41,033 nucleotides of DNA, taken from NCBI GenBank assembly GCA_024278235.1, contig JAJRTO010000046.1:1-41033 (forward strand). The letters run 5' to 3'. Positions 19,430 through 28,196 of this stretch are shown one piece after another (position 1 is the first letter of the stretch; each line of letters opens with the position of its first letter). Below the pieces are notes generated by a model. It did no database searches and was not told where the DNA came from. It saw only the letters and a program-made list of their open reading frames with translations. The position numbers and the translations under genes are program-made. Source of the stretch: Candidatus Poribacteria bacterium. Lineage in GTDB: Bacteria > Poribacteria > WGA-4E > JAJRTO01.

Positions 19430-20004
19430 GCGTTTTTCCAAACGCTCAATAGGACAATCAGACCACACACGGCGAGGATCGCAAGTAAGGTTCGGCGCTC
19501 GCTCTGAAAAGCACGCTTCCACGAGAAGTCATGACGAGAGGCGTTTGGATAGGGAGTCCGCATCGGCAGCCAGCGCGGTGTATGCGACCGATAGGCTTCG
19601 TAGCTTTCTCCATAAGTGCGCAGCAGGTAATCCTCCTCAGATCGCACAATGGGCATATACTGGATAAAATATCCGGCGACCAGTAGCGGTAGTATCCAAT
19701 AGACACCCGAGAGGATGCAGATCCCCACACTCAGCAGCCCATTACCAAGATAGAGCGGGTTACGCACATAGGCATAAGGCCCCGTCGTCACCAACTGGCG
19801 TGCAGCACCGAGCGTACGGGTTCGTGTGGAGGAGCCCGCATATCCAACAGCCCACAGCCGTCCTAGTTCACCTAACAACAGTAATATCACACCGATTATG
19901 ATGGAAAATCGTGTGGGTTGGACAAAATAGAGCATTAGTAAGATGAGTGGAACAGGAGTGAAACTGCGAATGCGAAAGAAGAATCGGCCCAGACGTTCCA
20001 ACAA
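19426..20004 (-). CDS. Isoprenylcysteine carboxyl methyltransferase/PEMT family membrane methyltransferase (LmtA-like)
   Basis: LGRLWAVGY, LVTTGPYAYVRNPLYLGN, EEDYL...YGESYEAY...PRW.P; TTG start after a GGGGG RBS. Confidence 0.85.
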   Translation of the reverse strand: MLERLGRFFFRIRSFTPVPLILLMLYFVQPTRFSIIIGVILLLLGELGRLWAVGYAGSSTRTRTLGAARQLVTTGPYAYVRNPLYLGNGLLSVGICILSGVYWILPLLVAGYFIQYMPIVRSEEDYLLRTYGESYEAYRSHTPRWLPMRTPYPNASRHDFSWKRAFQSERRTLLAILAVCGLIVLLSVWKNA

Positions 20005-20038
20005 TGCGAATGGTCCCCCGGGAGTTCGAGTTGTCCCA

Positions 20039-20067
20039 ACATTATCACATGTTCTTTGCCCTGTCAA
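20039..20067 (-). promoter_or_regulatory. Sigma70 promoter for the ICMT-like gene
   Basis: TTGACA-N17-TAATGT with TG extension. Confidence 0.55.
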
Positions 20068-20138
20068 CAGAAAAAACGGACGTTTAGAAATTCCCCAGGG
20101 GGTAATCCTTTTGGATTGTGGTAACAAGCTACAGTTTT

Positions 20139-20201
20139 CAAGCACCGACAGCTTGTCTGTGCCAAGTGAATCAGCATGCGCAGACAGGCTGCCTGCGCTA
20201 C
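20139..20201. repeat. Degenerate inverted REP-like doublet (GTAG family)
   Basis: Minus-strand GTAGCGCAGGCAGCCTGTCTGCGC (20201-20178) faces a decayed copy AGCACCGACAGCTTGTCTGTGC (20141-20162), 17/22 identical. Confidence 0.55.
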
Positions 20202-20273
20202 CCGTTTTCCAAGAGGAGGGTAAGCTACCCACCCTCAAGAAGCTGGAGGGGTTCTGAAATCCAGAGATTTTTG

Positions 20274-20302
20274 TTGACTGGAGAATGAGAAACGGGTAAA
20301 AT
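20274..20302 (+). promoter_or_regulatory. Sigma70 promoter upstream of the LamG gene
   Basis: TTGACT-N17-TAAAAT. Confidence 0.65.
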
Positions 20303-20429
20303 GACTTGTTGATATTTTCGAGGTAGACTGTAAAAACCCATCAGGTTCCCATTATTGCCAAAACTGATAGGTTGGGGAAGAGGGAGCGTGGGGTACAATG
20401 ATACATCTTACCAGAATGGAGGACATCCT

Positions 20430-21206
20430 ATGAAGGCAACGTTACTAGGTCTAGCCATTATCTGGCTAGTGATAACACCAACAATCTCCGGTCATGCCAA
20501 CATTGATGCTGACTCTATCCTCGGGATGTGGCTGTTCGATGATGGCAACGGTGATGTCGCTACAGACGCTTCCGGGAACGGAAATGATGGTACACTCATC
20601 AGCAATCCCAAATGGGTCGACGGGAAAACTGGTATGGGACTCGAGTTTGAGTTCGGTGCAAACAGCTATGTGATTGCACCACTACCCCACAGCAATACGG
20701 TTACCGTGGCTTTGTGGGCACTTTTCACGGCATTACCCACGAACAACTCCGGTCTGGTACATTTTCAAGCAGACGAGCAGGCAGGAGGAAATCCTGACTC
20801 AAAAATCATCGGCATGTGGGTTGAAAACACAGGTCTCCTATGGGGCAGGTTCATCCCCGATGGCGGCGGAAATGTGAACATGCCCAAAGTTGAGTCGCTC
20901 GATGCAGATACCTGGTATCATATTGCGATGACCATTGACGAGCAAGGCAAGAAGGGAATACAGTGGCTCAATGGGGAACCAGTGTCCGAGATGGACTATC
21001 CCGGTGAGTTAACTCAGTTCGCCTTCATTAAGATAGGGAGACAGGGAACCGAATCTTGGACAGGAATACTTGATGAGGTGATCGTCCTCGATCAGGCACT
21101 CACCGGGGATGATCTCAAGAACTTGATGAATGGTATAGAAAGCGCGTTAGGGTTGGAGCCTGGTGGTAAACTGACCACTCTCTGGGGAAAGATGAAATCC
21201 AGATAG
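20430..21206 (+). CDS. Secreted LamG/concanavalin A-like jellyroll protein with Poribacteria-type C-terminal motif
   Basis: Signal peptide; GMWLFDDGNGDVATDASGNGNDG...WVDGK.G.GLEF, WYHIAMT, G.LDEV; C-terminus LEPGGKLTTLWGKMK; GGAGG RBS. Confidence 0.9.
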   Translation: MKATLLGLAIIWLVITPTISGHANIDADSILGMWLFDDGNGDVATDASGNGNDGTLISNPKWVDGKTGMGLEFEFGANSYVIAPLPHSNTVTVALWALFTALPTNNSGLVHFQADEQAGGNPDSKIIGMWVENTGLLWGRFIPDGGGNVNMPKVESLDADTWYHIAMTIDEQGKKGIQWLNGEPVSEMDYPGELTQFAFIKIGRQGTESWTGILDEVIVLDQALTGDDLKNLMNGIESALGLEPGGKLTTLWGKMKSR

Positions 21207-21296
21207 TATCATCGCCGCTCGCAAGATGCTCAGGTCGGATGAAGCAATCGTTTATCTGCGTATCGCGATGGACCAAGAGTTGGGAGATAGCCATAT

Positions 21297-21899
21297 ATGG
21301 CAAAACAACAAGCTATCGAAAGCAACCTGAAATGGAGTTCGTGCTGTCAGATGCTAGGCCCTGTAGGTCTCCTCATCTTTGTGCTCCTGCTGGGTGGCTG
21401 TATCAGTAAACAGACTGTCGAGCAAACAACTGCGAAGCTGGAACCTGTCCAGTTAGGGAACACCCCAAACGTCCACAAATATCAGCAAATCTTCCTCGCT
21501 GGGCAGCCGAGTGAAGCCGACTTCGAGATAGTGAAGCAAGCAGGCATCAAAACCGTTATCAACTTGCGCATGCCAGCAGAGATGGACTTTGATGAGCCTC
21601 AAGTCGTCGATAGATTGGGGATGTCGTATCGCAATCCTGGCATTGGTTCAGCAAACACACTGACGGACCAACGGTTTGAGGAGGTACGGAGGCTTTTGAA
21701 TCAGACGGAAAATCACCCTATCTTGCTGCATTGTCGCTCAGCGAACCGTGTGGGGGCCATATGGCTGGCATACCGTGTGTTGGATGGAGGAGTGGGCTAT
21801 GAAGCTGCTCTGGCTGAGGCCAAGCGTGTGGGGCTCAAGAGTTCAGCACTGGAAGTCAGGGCAAAGGAGTATATTCAGCATCACAGGCAACCCAAGTAA
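21297..21899 (+). CDS. DUF442/BLH phosphatase-like (Cys-based phosphatase/sulfur transferase fold) lipoprotein
   Basis: AGQP, GIKTVINLR, PILLHCRSANRVG (CX5R-like loop); lipobox LGGC. Confidence 0.8.
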   Translation: MAKQQAIESNLKWSSCCQMLGPVGLLIFVLLLGGCISKQTVEQTTAKLEPVQLGNTPNVHKYQQIFLAGQPSEADFEIVKQAGIKTVINLRMPAEMDFDEPQVVDRLGMSYRNPGIGSANTLTDQRFEEVRRLLNQTENHPILLHCRSANRVGAIWLAYRVLDGGVGYEAALAEAKRVGLKSSALEVRAKEYIQHHRQPK

Positions 21900-21929
21900 G
21901 CAGTAAGCAGTAAGCAGTAAGCAGTAAGC
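21895..21929 (+). repeat. Heptamer tandem repeat (AGTAAGC)x5
   Basis: Five perfect copies, the first containing the upstream gene's TAA stop. Confidence 0.95.
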
Positions 21930-21979
21930 AAGACAGTAGAAGAAAACCTGTGAACCATTCGCACAAAGGAGCGGCTCCG

Positions 21980-23512
21980 ATGTTAGCGACCATCTTGAGC
22001 AGTGCGATTCTGGGGATTGATGCCTATATCGTGAAGGTTGAACTCGACATCACGGATGGGCTGCCCACGTTCAACACCGTCGGCATGCCGGATACTGCTG
22101 TCAAAGAAAGCCGGGACCGGGTCACCGCAGCCATCAAGAACTCCGCCTTCCATTTTCCCATCAAGCGCATCACTGCCAATCTTGCTCCTGCGGACATCCG
22201 CAAAGAGGGAGCAGCCTTCGACCTGCCATTAGCCATCGGTGTGCTAGCTGCGACGGGCCAGGTGAACCATGACCGGCTGGGGGAACTGCTTATCCTGGGA
22301 GAACTATCCCTCGATGGAAGCGTGCGTCCAGTTCGGGGAGCGTTGCCCATCGCTGTAGGAGCACGCCAGCATGGGATGAAAGGACTCATCCTTCCTGCTG
22401 AGAATGCGCGCGAAGCTGCGGTCGTGGATGCTCTCGATGTGTTTCCCGTGAGTAATCTCCGGGATACGGTGGGTTTCTTGAACGGAGAATCGCTCCTCTC
22501 TCCACTTGACTACGACATCCAGGAAGCTTTCCAGCGACAACAACAGTTGAGCGTGGATCTGAGTGATGTGAAGGGACAGGAACATGTGAAGCGCTCACTG
22601 GAAGTGGCAGCAGCGGGTGGACACAACGTGCTGATGATCGGGCCACCGGGTTCAGGGAAGACGATGTTGGCACGCCGTCTACCGACGATACTACCTCGGA
22701 TGACGCTGGACGAATCGCTGGAGACGACGAAGATTCACAGTATCCTGGGGAAACTCTCCGCGGAGGAAGGGCTGATCACCATCCGCCCCTTTCGCACCCC
22801 ACACCATACGATTTCAGATGCTGGTTTGATAGGCGGGGGTAAAATACCACGCCCTGGAGAGATCTCGCTGGCGCACAACGGTGTGCTGTTCTTGGATGAA
22901 CTTCCTGAGTTCCGGCGTAACGTTCTGGAGGTTCTCCGACAACCACTTGAGGCTGGACAAGTAACTATCTCGCGCGCGACCGCGTCCCTCTCTTTTCCGG
23001 CGCGTATCCTGCTCGTTGGTGCGATGAACCCCTGTCCGTGTGGATTTCACGGAGATACAATGCGACAATGCCGTTGTAATCCGAACCAGATTCAGAACTA
23101 TCTGGCAAAGGTGTCCGGTCCCCTGCTCGACCGCATCGACATCCATGTGGATGTCCCTGCGGTGCCCTACAAGGAACTATCGGGTGACCGTATGGGTGAA
23201 TCATCGAGCGCGGTACGAGAACGCGTACAGCATGCCCGTGAAATCCAGCAGCAGCGTTTTGAGGACGCTCCCATTCACTGTAATGCCCACATGACATCCC
23301 GTCAGATGCGCCGTTACTGCAAGGTCGGACGTGCCTCCCAGGAATTGCTGCGTACTGCCATCACCCAACTGGGACTCAGCGCTCGAGCCTATGACCGGAT
23401 CCTCAAGGTTGGACGTACCATCGCGGATCTTGCGGGAGATGAGACCATCGAAGTGGAACACATTTCAGAAGCAGTGCAGTACCGTAGTCTGGATCGACAG
23501 TTCTGGGCGTGA
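21980..23512 (+). CDS. comM: YifB/ComM family Mg-chelatase-like AAA+ ATPase
   Basis: [80 protein letters not shown]. Confidence 0.95.
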   Translation: MLATILSSAILGIDAYIVKVELDITDGLPTFNTVGMPDTAVKESRDRVTAAIKNSAFHFPIKRITANLAPADIRKEGAAFDLPLAIGVLAATGQVNHDRLGELLILGELSLDGSVRPVRGALPIAVGARQHGMKGLILPAENAREAAVVDALDVFPVSNLRDTVGFLNGESLLSPLDYDIQEAFQRQQQLSVDLSDVKGQEHVKRSLEVAAAGGHNVLMIGPPGSGKTMLARRLPTILPRMTLDESLETTKIHSILGKLSAEEGLITIRPFRTPHHTISDAGLIGGGKIPRPGEISLAHNGVLFLDELPEFRRNVLEVLRQPLEAGQVTISRATASLSFPARILLVGAMNPCPCGFHGDTMRQCRCNPNQIQNYLAKVSGPLLDRIDIHVDVPAVPYKELSGDRMGESSSAVRERVQHAREIQQQRFEDAPIHCNAHMTSRQMRRYCKVGRASQELLRTAITQLGLSARAYDRILKVGRTIADLAGDETIEVEHISEAVQYRSLDRQFWA

Positions 23513-23515
23513 GAC

Positions 23516-23680
23516 ATCGGAGTTATTCTCAAGCACAATAGCCGGATAGCCGCCGTAGATGAGATACTGCTCGTAATGAGCCTGCAACTGCCTTCGGTGG
23601 ATTTCCAGGGGAATCTCCCCAAGGTCGCCATCAAACGGGAATTTTTCAGGGACAGTTCGAGGTATTGTCGTTGTTGCTCA
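23516..23680 (-). pseudogene. Internal remnant of an AAA_14/DUF4143 (COG1373) ATPase gene
   Basis: Minus frame ...HRRQLQAHYEQYLIYGGYPAIVLENN (YEQY...IVLE at 23575-23528); no start and no Walker motifs; apparent frameshift at an A-run. Confidence 0.55.
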
Positions 23681-23683
23681 ACA

Positions 23684-26485
23684 CTATTCGTAAACAGGCC
23701 CGGCGAGGGCTTCGATGTCGCGGGTCCCTTCGGAACAGAGTTCACCTTCGGCATCGGTGATCTTCAGGCGGAGCCGGTAGCGGCCCGGCGAGATGGAGGC
23801 AGTATTCAGAACGATGACGCGTCTTTCTGCGAGATCCTGCTGTTGCTGCGCCACACCCTGACCCTCTGTTGTTTCGAGCAAGGCGGTGAGCGTATGGCTC
23901 CCCACTTCGACCGCGCCGGTTCCCATGACGTTGAACTCCACCGGCAGCCAAGTCGTCGGTAACGTGAAGTAGGCGGGCGCGTCGATCTGCGAGATCATGG
24001 GGGACTTGAACCGCAGCAACCTGGCCTCGGCGATATCGAAGGTCAGGCTTGTGCCGTGCGCGAAATTCCCCTCGGCGATGAAGATCTGCACCCGCGAGAT
24101 GTCCCGCCACGGATCGGTTCCCCGGCCCACCTCCTCCATGAGCCTCTTGATCGAGAACCGGACGGGTATCCAGACGCGCTGACGATCTCCCAAATCGCGT
24201 TGCGTCTCGAAGAAACGCCCTTGAACCTTGTGCGAAGCCAGCATGAACCCGAGCGGGGTAGAATCGTCGGCCACCTCATCCCGATCCGAATCGATGCGCA
24301 CCAGAAAGGAGAGGTAGTCGTAGCCGCTCATGTCCAACTTTCCCGGGTCGAATGTCCGCGCGATACGGGGCCAGCCGACAGGGTAGTTGCCCCCTTCGCC
24401 GCCATCGTTCTCGTGATCCACGCGGACGCGCCAGCGCAGTCCTTTCTGCCCCTGTCGCCCTGCTGCTTCGGTCACCTCGGCCGTCCCCTCCTTCGTGCTG
24501 TTGACCCAGGAAGCGAAATCATCACCCAGATCCTTTACCTCGACGTTCCCCTCCTGAAAGGCCTTCTCGATCAGGGGTATTTTATCCTCCGCAGGACGAG
24601 GTGTGGTGTCCGCCACCAGCACGGAGGGAGCCGTCCCCTGCCGTTCTGGCGGGTATCGGTGCAGCCGCTCGATGGCCTGTGCCAGCAGCCAGCGCCGGGT
24701 ATTGAACTCCTCGGAGGGCCACATCCCGCCGGCGAGGTACTTCTGCTGGACGTGGATCGCATCCCATGTTTCCTGAAGCAGCGACTTCGCCTCCTCGACG
24801 GCACGGCGACATTCCGGGTCACGTGCTCCTTCCCGCTCGAAGACCACCTGTTGCAGCGTGTAGAGGTATCGCGCGTCGTCGTTCCCCTCGCGGAAGCACT
24901 CCCAGTAGATGGCGGGGATCACCTCACCATCGTCAGTGAGACGCTGACCGCATCCTGAGCGCGAACCGCGCAGGTAATCGAACTGGTCGTCCCCCGGTGT
25001 CCAGCTCCAGTGCCAGGGAATGAGCGTCGTGTAGCCGCTCCGCCAGAAGCCGAAGCCGTAGGTCATCCGACCGCCCTTGCACATGACCCGTCGATCTTTG
25101 ATCTCGCCCGCGTTGTGGTTCGGGTAGGACCAGTATTCGTACCGATCCTGCGCGACGATCTTCTCATAGGGAGTCGAATAGGGTTGCGAGCACCAGACAT
25201 CCACATACGGTTGGTAGGCCACCGCATCGCTGGCGATGGGATTCTTGGTGATGTAGGTTCGGATGCCGGCCGCTCGCACCGCTCCATAGACCTTTGCGCC
25301 AAATTCCTTGTGGGTGGCAGCAACCTCATCAAGAGGGCAGCAGACGAACTCCGGCCATCCCCGGGCCTTGCGTTCCACTTCGAACGCTCTGAAGAGTTCC
25401 GTGACTCTCTCATAGAACTCCGGCGGGGGCATCTTCTCGGTCCGCCAATGGGAACGCCTCTGACCACCCGGTGTCATGTCCCGATAGATGCGCTCGATGG
25501 CGTTCCCGGCAGCCAGAGGTACAGGGCCTGTGAACCCCATCTGCAACAGCCGATCCAGATCCTCCGCGTTCCTGACCGTGAACGTCTCCCCATCGAGACA
25601 CTGCAAATACTGAGTCGGCACCATGTCCAGGCCGTATTCGAGCATCGCCCGGTATTCGTTTTCGGAGGCTTTTCGGACGAACGATTCCGGCTTGTCGTGG
25701 TACTGCGTCCGGTTGCGCACGTAATAGTACACCGAATAATGCTTGGCCGGATCACGCCGGAGCGAGAAATCCAGGACACGGAATTCCACAGGGATCTGCG
25801 CTGCCCGTTCGCCCTCGTCGTCCCAGACCGTCACGTTGCCCCGGTAGATCCCCGGCTTGGCATCCGCTGGCACATGCACCAGGATCCAGTACCGTTGACA
25901 TTCGCGGGCAGGGGAAGTGTGTACCGTGACGCGCTCCAGCAGTTCGGGCGTCCGGCGGTAGGTGTCACGCGACGTGTAGCGCGGGTAACCGATGTTCCAG
26001 TAGGTAACGAGGCGCACGCTGATCTCGGAGGCGGGGATCTCCCCGGCCTTTCCGCTGAGCGACGAACTGCGTACTCTCAGGTTTCCCAGATCCCGCACGG
26101 GGTAGAGGCTGAACGTGAGTGGCTCAAACTCGCCGGGCGTGGCGAAAGCGACAAGCCGTTCGAGACGTTCGTGTCCGAGCGGTTGCGTGTTTGGGTACAC
26201 AGGCTCCATGATGGGCCGCTGGAACAGCAGATAGCCCCGCGCCTGTTCCTCGGCCGTCAATGCAGGTGTAGGAGCTTTTTCGATGAAAGGAACTTCCCGG
26301 TAGTTCTCGGGCACCGTGGGTTGCATCCGCGCCCGGAGTTCGGGCGCGGAGTCAGTCGATTTCGGAACCGTGTTGATGGGTGATGACAAGGCAATACTCC
26401 CTCCCTGGATAGTAGCGACAAACAGTGTGATTTGGAAAATCGAACGACAAAACCTCATCAATTCAGTTATGATGATCACCTTCAT
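23684..26485 (-). CDS. Large exported glycoside hydrolase 123-like (DUF6067/DUF4091-type) protein with C-terminal CBM-like and Ig-like domains
   Basis: ATPGEFEPLTF, WILVHVPADAKPGIYRG.V, PLDE, WECFREGNDDARYL; C-terminal DMSGYDYLSFLVRID...DISRVQIF; start uncertain (26515/26485/26458). Confidence 0.75.
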   Translation of the reverse strand: MKVIIITELMRFCRSIFQITLFVATIQGGSIALSSPINTVPKSTDSAPELRARMQPTVPENYREVPFIEKAPTPALTAEEQARGYLLFQRPIMEPVYPNTQPLGHERLERLVAFATPGEFEPLTFSLYPVRDLGNLRVRSSSLSGKAGEIPASEISVRLVTYWNIGYPRYTSRDTYRRTPELLERVTVHTSPARECQRYWILVHVPADAKPGIYRGNVTVWDDEGERAAQIPVEFRVLDFSLRRDPAKHYSVYYYVRNRTQYHDKPESFVRKASENEYRAMLEYGLDMVPTQYLQCLDGETFTVRNAEDLDRLLQMGFTGPVPLAAGNAIERIYRDMTPGGQRRSHWRTEKMPPPEFYERVTELFRAFEVERKARGWPEFVCCPLDEVAATHKEFGAKVYGAVRAAGIRTYITKNPIASDAVAYQPYVDVWCSQPYSTPYEKIVAQDRYEYWSYPNHNAGEIKDRRVMCKGGRMTYGFGFWRSGYTTLIPWHWSWTPGDDQFDYLRGSRSGCGQRLTDDGEVIPAIYWECFREGNDDARYLYTLQQVVFEREGARDPECRRAVEEAKSLLQETWDAIHVQQKYLAGGMWPSEEFNTRRWLLAQAIERLHRYPPERQGTAPSVLVADTTPRPAEDKIPLIEKAFQEGNVEVKDLGDDFASWVNSTKEGTAEVTEAAGRQGQKGLRWRVRVDHENDGGEGGNYPVGWPRIARTFDPGKLDMSGYDYLSFLVRIDSDRDEVADDSTPLGFMLASHKVQGRFFETQRDLGDRQRVWIPVRFSIKRLMEEVGRGTDPWRDISRVQIFIAEGNFAHGTSLTFDIAEARLLRFKSPMISQIDAPAYFTLPTTWLPVEFNVMGTGAVEVGSHTLTALLETTEGQGVAQQQQDLAERRVIVLNTASISPGRYRLRLKITDAEGELCSEGTRDIEALAGPVYE

Positions 26486-26541
26486 CTTCCTGTTTTGGTG
26501 TTGTCTGAGTGACACAAGTTTTTCACTTCATCTTTCTCTCA

Positions 26542-26570
26542 ATCCTACCGCATCGTATCCTCTCTGTCAA
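26542..26570 (-). promoter_or_regulatory. Sigma70 promoter for the GH123-like gene
   Basis: TTGACA-N17-TAGGAT. Confidence 0.6.
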
Positions 26571-26600
26571 GCTCACGGTTCGCGGAGGCGGATTCCGTCA

Positions 26601-26629
26601 TTGATCGTCCCCGGATGGTGTGGTAGAAT
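26601..26629 (+). promoter_or_regulatory. Divergent sigma70 promoter for the ceramidase-like operon
   Basis: TTGATC-N17-TAGAAT with extended -10 TG. Confidence 0.6.
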
Positions 26630-26642
26630 GAAATCAAATCAT

Positions 26643-26814
26643 ACGAGTTTTTCACTTACGGAGTCCGTAGAGCATGCTGCCAGCTTGTTCTCCGTTGAAC
26701 GTTCAACGTTCTTCCAGACTCACGAAGCCACACACACGTGTCCAACTCTCTATCCTGGTTTTGCACAGGAAACGAACAAGCTGCACGCTCTACGGGGCTC
26801 ACTGAAAAACTCGT
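26643..26814. repeat. REP doublet (REPIN/BIME-like) enclosed by 12-bp outer inverted repeats
   Basis: ACGAGTTTTTCA (26643-26654) ... GTAGAGCATGCTGCCAGCTTGTTC (26667-26690) ... GAACAAGCTGCACGCTCTAC (26774-26793) ... TGAAAAACTCGT (26803-26814); homologous to 40885-41033. Confidence 0.85.
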
Positions 26815-26865
26815 GAGATCAAGGTATCCGTCGGAGATTGCAGGCTCTCATGAAAGGATAGAAAC

Positions 26866-28185
26866 ATGTTCCGAGAACCCATCGTTTGCTCTGCCGGGTG
26901 TGCTCAGCAGGTCATTACACCTCCCGTAGGGGTATCGCTCGCAGGTTACTTCCACGACCGTGTCAGCAAGCGCATCCGCGATGATCTGTATGCCAGGGCG
27001 GTCGTGATCGAGCATCACGGCACACGTCTGGCCATCGTCTCGTGTGACCTCATCAGCATGACCGAAAAGATCACCATCCCCACCAAGACCATGATCACCC
27101 AGCAGGTGGACATTCCGCCGGAGCACGTGTTGATCTGCGCCACCCATACGCATACGGGCCCCGAACTCAGATCCAACGCGGTCGTGCCACGTTCGCAGGC
27201 GTGGGCCGAGGCATTGCCTGGACGGATAGCTGATGCTGTCCAAATGGCCGCCGACTCCATGTTTACCGCGACCCTTCATCCGGGGCGCACCGAAGTGGAA
27301 GGCTATGCCTTCAATCGTCTCTTCCGGCTCAAAGATGGCTCGGAGCAGTTTGGAAAGCGGGGACGGGATGCTGACATCGTCAGGGAAGCGGGTCCCATCG
27401 ATCCGGAACTCCAGACGCTGAGTATCGTCGATGAGGAGGGGGCACTCCGGGGAATGCTCGTCAACTTTGCGTTGCATCCGGATGTCATCGGTGGTGGAAG
27501 CGCGGACTTCATCTCCGCCGACTGGCCGGGGGAGATGGCTCGGAACCTCGCTGCCATCTATGGTGATGAGGTGGTAACGCTCTTCCTTCAGGGGACGGCG
27601 GGCGACATCAACCATGCGCCTCACGATGCCACTCATCTACCACGGGGTGGGCCGCGCAAGGCCGTACAACTCGGGAGGGCTTTGGCAGGCGCCGCCATCT
27701 ACGCCGCCGAGCGTGCGGAACCGATGACAGCGCTGGAGATCGCCGGCCAGATCGAGGTGCTATCGATCCCCTACTACACGCGGGATGCCGCTTTCATGGC
27801 CGAAATCGAGCGGCTCAAAACGGGCGAACAAGGTCCGTTCGAGAAATACCTCATCGAGCGAGCGGAATCCTGGCCCTATGACGGCAAGACTGCCGACGTT
27901 CCCGTGCAAACCATGCGCCTCGGGGATGTGGCCGTGGTCGGATTACCCGCGGAGATATTCGTGCGCATCGGCCTCGAGATCAAACAGTTTTCACCGGCTC
28001 CCTTCACGTTCGTGGTTGAACTCGCCAACGCGCGAGTTACGACCTATGTCCCAACGACCGATCAGGCTGAACGCGGTGCGTATGGGGCCAAACTGATTCT
28101 GTCGCGGTGGCTCTGCGCTGATGCAGGACGTCGCATGTCCGACGCCACTCTGGTCATGCTCCACCGTTTGTTTCTATTTTCATAA
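26866..28185 (+). CDS. Neutral/alkaline ceramidase-like N-terminal domain metallohydrolase
   Basis: ITPP.GV.LAGY, DDLYARA, ATHTHTGP, FNR, GPIDPEL, VNFALHP, ISADWPG, LFLQGTAGDIN, GLPAEIF. Confidence 0.85.
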   Translation: MFREPIVCSAGCAQQVITPPVGVSLAGYFHDRVSKRIRDDLYARAVVIEHHGTRLAIVSCDLISMTEKITIPTKTMITQQVDIPPEHVLICATHTHTGPELRSNAVVPRSQAWAEALPGRIADAVQMAADSMFTATLHPGRTEVEGYAFNRLFRLKDGSEQFGKRGRDADIVREAGPIDPELQTLSIVDEEGALRGMLVNFALHPDVIGGGSADFISADWPGEMARNLAAIYGDEVVTLFLQGTAGDINHAPHDATHLPRGGPRKAVQLGRALAGAAIYAAERAEPMTALEIAGQIEVLSIPYYTRDAAFMAEIERLKTGEQGPFEKYLIERAESWPYDGKTADVPVQTMRLGDVAVVGLPAEIFVRIGLEIKQFSPAPFTFVVELANARVTTYVPTTDQAERGAYGAKLILSRWLCADAGRRMSDATLVMLHRLFLFS

Positions 28186-28196
28186 GGAGTCAAAAA

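Noticed and set aside
21980-23512. comM interrupted by an integrative element
   Set aside because: comM is full length and no integrase is present.
24056-26383. Long plus-strand ORFs (300 aa and 457 aa)
   Set aside because: Antisense shadows of the GC-rich GH123-like gene with no recognisable motifs.
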